A stretch of DNA of 64,000 bases from Geobacter sp. (GTDB taxonomy: Bacteria > Desulfobacterota > Desulfuromonadia > Geobacterales > Pseudopelobacteraceae). The position numbers and the translations under genes were made by a program. How positions within the stretch are numbered: the stretch's first letter is position 1; each line of letters opens with the position of its first letter. The notes under the pieces are model-generated. The model did not search any database, was not told the DNA's origin, and saw only the letters and a program-made list of their open reading frames with translations. This document shows, piece by piece, positions 61,914 to 64,000 of this stretch. The stretch spans positions 16,390-80,389 of the forward strand of contig WKKS01000011.1 of NCBI GenBank assembly GCA_009684515.1. Reading direction: 5' to 3'.

Positions 61914-63566
61914 TTATAGAACAACCGATGCAATATATTCTTCAGGGGAAACTTCCCCGGCCATCAGGAGTTGCAACCCTTCCTCGGCAATCCCGCGGTA
62001 ACCACCCTTTTCCAGATAATCTTCCAGTGCGGCTGCTTCTGAGGAATTCTCGAAGAGCTGTAGAAAAGCGTCGTTAAAAGTCAGCACATCCAGTAAAAAG
62101 CGGCGTTGACTGAAGCCGCTGTGACCGCATGCGTCGCAACCTGTAGTCCGGAAAAACGAAGCGGGCTGCTGCGAAAGGTGCATCGCCATCAGTTCTTCGG
62201 CAGGCGGAGCGTATTCCACGCGGCACTCCGGGCAGAGGATCTGGATCCCCTTGAAGGAAACCAGGCCGTTGACAAAGACCGGCAGGAAAAAGTTTTTCTG
62301 CTGATACAGCAGCAACTGACGGAGAATATTGCGTGTCCCCCGGATTTCCATTCCGGCCAGAACCAGCTTGCCCCTCATGGCCGCCCGGCAGGCCGCCGAG
62401 AACGGCATCGCCTCGGTGGCGTTCTCGATCACCAGAATATCCGGCGCATGGTCAAGGGCGGACATGATCACACCGGCCCGCTCAGTCTCGTTCTGAGGCA
62501 GCTGAATCCGTGGGAAACGTTTATTGATCCTGCCGGGGCCTTCACCCAGGATAATGACATTTTTGCCATCCGTGTCGATCTCTTCCAGCATCAGATCGAT
62601 GAAACGGTCGCGCTCCTGCGTGTTGCGCGAAGCGAAGAAGGTGATGCCCTGTTTTGCGCGTGCCAGATGCGCAAAGCTGTCCTCCTGGTGAGCCGGCAGA
62701 TGCAGCTCGGATAGCCTGGAAGGAACGCTGGCCGCCACATGCGGTTTGATGGTGATGTAATCTCCGCCATAGCCGGTCATAAATGCAATCTGGAACGTGA
62801 TCGGATGTGCACGGTAACTGAATTTCAGCAGTCCGCTGTTACAGTGGTCACCGTTTTTGGTGATGCCGACCGCTTTGCGGATCTTCATCGCCACATCCGG
62901 AAAATAATCGCTGGCCAGAGTTCCGATCGGGCGGGAAACACCGCTCCGGCGTCCACAGACCGAAACATTGTCACCCAGCGGCTGCAGCGATAATGAGGAA
63001 AGCCGGTTCTGGAGGATGAAAATCAGCAGGTAGTCGAGCAGCTTGCCTCCGCTCAAATCGCCATTGATCACTTCCAGCGCCTTCTCGGCAAAAGCGCCTG
63101 ATTTGAACCCGAGGCTTTCCCGCTCGGCGCTGCCGTAACAGTTCTCGATCATCTCGCGAATCTCGCGAATCAGCGCCACCGAGATGTTTACCGAGCAGCC
63201 GCTATGTTGTTGAACCGCCTCAATGGCCGGTTTGTTAAGCGGGTCGGCAATTGCGATGTTCAGCTCGCCGCCGGCCTTGATCAGCGGGATCAGGTTGAAC
63301 TTTCTGGCCATGTCGGCCGGAATCAGCTTGACCGCATCCGGGTCGATCATATCAGCTTTCAGCCGGATATAGGGGATGTCGAGCTGGTTGGAGAGCGCCC
63401 AGTCAATATCCTCCTGGGTGACGATACCCAGATTCACCAGCGCCTCGCCAAAACGGACTCCGCTGCGTTTCTGTTCCTCCAGAGCCAGTGAGATATCAGC
63501 ATTGCTGATGATCTGCGAGGAGGAAAGTATGTCGCCCAGGGAACCCTTCTTTACTTGATCTGTCAT
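61914..63566 (-). CDS. GspE/PilB-like protein with MshEN-type N-terminal domain and degenerate ATPase motifs
   Basis: The T2SSE_N region has two 24-residue motifs (SLGDILSSSQIISNADISLALEEQ and RFGEALVNLGIVTQEDIDWALSNQ) separated by 5 residues. At the expected positions, Walker A reads ASRNTQER, Walker B reads DILVIENATE, and the His box reads RGKLVLAGMEIRG. The tetracysteine motif CPEC....CDAC is retained. Confidence 0.75.
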   Translation of the reverse strand: MTDQVKKGSLGDILSSSQIISNADISLALEEQKRSGVRFGEALVNLGIVTQEDIDWALSNQLDIPYIRLKADMIDPDAVKLIPADMARKFNLIPLIKAGGELNIAIADPLNKPAIEAVQQHSGCSVNISVALIREIREMIENCYGSAERESLGFKSGAFAEKALEVINGDLSGGKLLDYLLIFILQNRLSSLSLQPLGDNVSVCGRRSGVSRPIGTLASDYFPDVAMKIRKAVGITKNGDHCNSGLLKFSYRAHPITFQIAFMTGYGGDYITIKPHVAASVPSRLSELHLPAHQEDSFAHLARAKQGITFFASRNTQERDRFIDLMLEEIDTDGKNVIILGEGPGRINKRFPRIQLPQNETERAGVIMSALDHAPDILVIENATEAMPFSAACRAAMRGKLVLAGMEIRGTRNILRQLLLYQQKNFFLPVFVNGLVSFKGIQILCPECRVEYAPPAEELMAMHLSQQPASFFRTTGCDACGHSGFSQRRFLLDVLTFNDAFLQLFENSSEAAALEDYLEKGGYRGIAEEGLQLLMAGEVSPEEYIASVVL

Positions 63567-63606
63567 GCTTGGCCTCCGTTGTTGCCGACAATTTGTATGA
63601 AAAAAA

Positions 63607-64000
63607 CTACTCGTTGCGGTCGCTCAGGTTTTCGAATCGGGTATGTTCGCCGAAGAAAGCCAGCTGAACGGTCCCCAGGGCGCCGTTTCTCTGTTTGCCG
63701 ATAATGACTTCCGCGTTGCGGTCATGCCCCTGGGTGCAGGAACCGTCGCGCTTGCGGCAGTTGTCGCAGTAAACCGCTTCGCGGTAAACGAACATGATTA
63801 CGTCGGCATCCTGCTCGATGGCTCCCGATTCGCGCAAGTCGCTCATCATCGGGCGTTTATCGGCCCGTTTTTCAAGCTCGCGGTTGAGCTGTGACAGGGC
63901 GATCACCGGAATGTTCAGCTCTTTGGCCAAAGCCTTGAGCGAGCGGGAAATGTCCGAAATCTCCTGCTGGCGTGATTCGGAATTGGCGCCCCCCCGCATC
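63607..64000 (-). CDS. dnaB: Replicative DNA helicase DnaB (C-terminal part; gene continues beyond the window)
   Basis: [53 protein letters not shown] ... [18 protein letters not shown]....RF. Confidence 0.93.
   Translation of the reverse strand, partial: MRGGANSESRQQEISDISRSLKALAKELNIPVIALSQLNRELEKRADKRPMMSDLRESGAIEQDADVIMFVYREAVYCDNCRKRDGSCTQGHDRNAEVIIGKQRNGALGTVQLAFFGEHTRFENLSDRNE

Overview
This 64 kb window looks like ordinary chromosome from a Geobacter/Desulfuromonas-type deltaproteobacterium. That assignment is an inference from two PpcA-like triheme c7 cytochromes, selB, the def-fmt-DUF116 and hisZ-purA gene orders, and many c-di-GMP signalling parts. Most genes are housekeeping: metX, hisZ, purA, def, fmt, glnE, mtnA, ttcA, thiSGE, gltX, uvrB, ppdK, moaC, mog, selB, pilT and partial dnaB. 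They are interleaved with envelope, motility and signalling genes: flbD-motAB, PilZ, HDOD, two GGDEF proteins, a two-component pair, a porin, a split ChrA and an orphan GspG. I found no CRISPR array, intact IS element, prophage or recognisable defence island, and no convincing novel multi-gene system. Reading the gaps in the ORF track turned up several features it misses. The main one is an 85-codon AhpD/CMD-like selenoprotein gene (19825-20082, minus strand) with an in-frame UGA inside a CxxU motif and a SECIS-like hairpin. The others are tRNA-Glu(UUC) with its promoter and terminator, a SAM-I riboswitch before metX, and a TPP riboswitch before thiS. Other points worth follow-up:
- a moaC-mog-selB operon with overlapping stop/start codons
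- a GspE/PilB-like protein with MshEN-type c-di-GMP motifs but degenerate ATPase motifs, sitting next to pilT
- a RadC-like JAB domain fused to a DinG/XPD helicase
- a PilZ gene heading a DRTGG-flbD-motAB operon
- a recent tandem duplication of the c7 cytochrome gene
- a decayed serine-recombinase remnant abutting tRNA-Glu
All family assignments come from motif recognition by eye. No database search was run.
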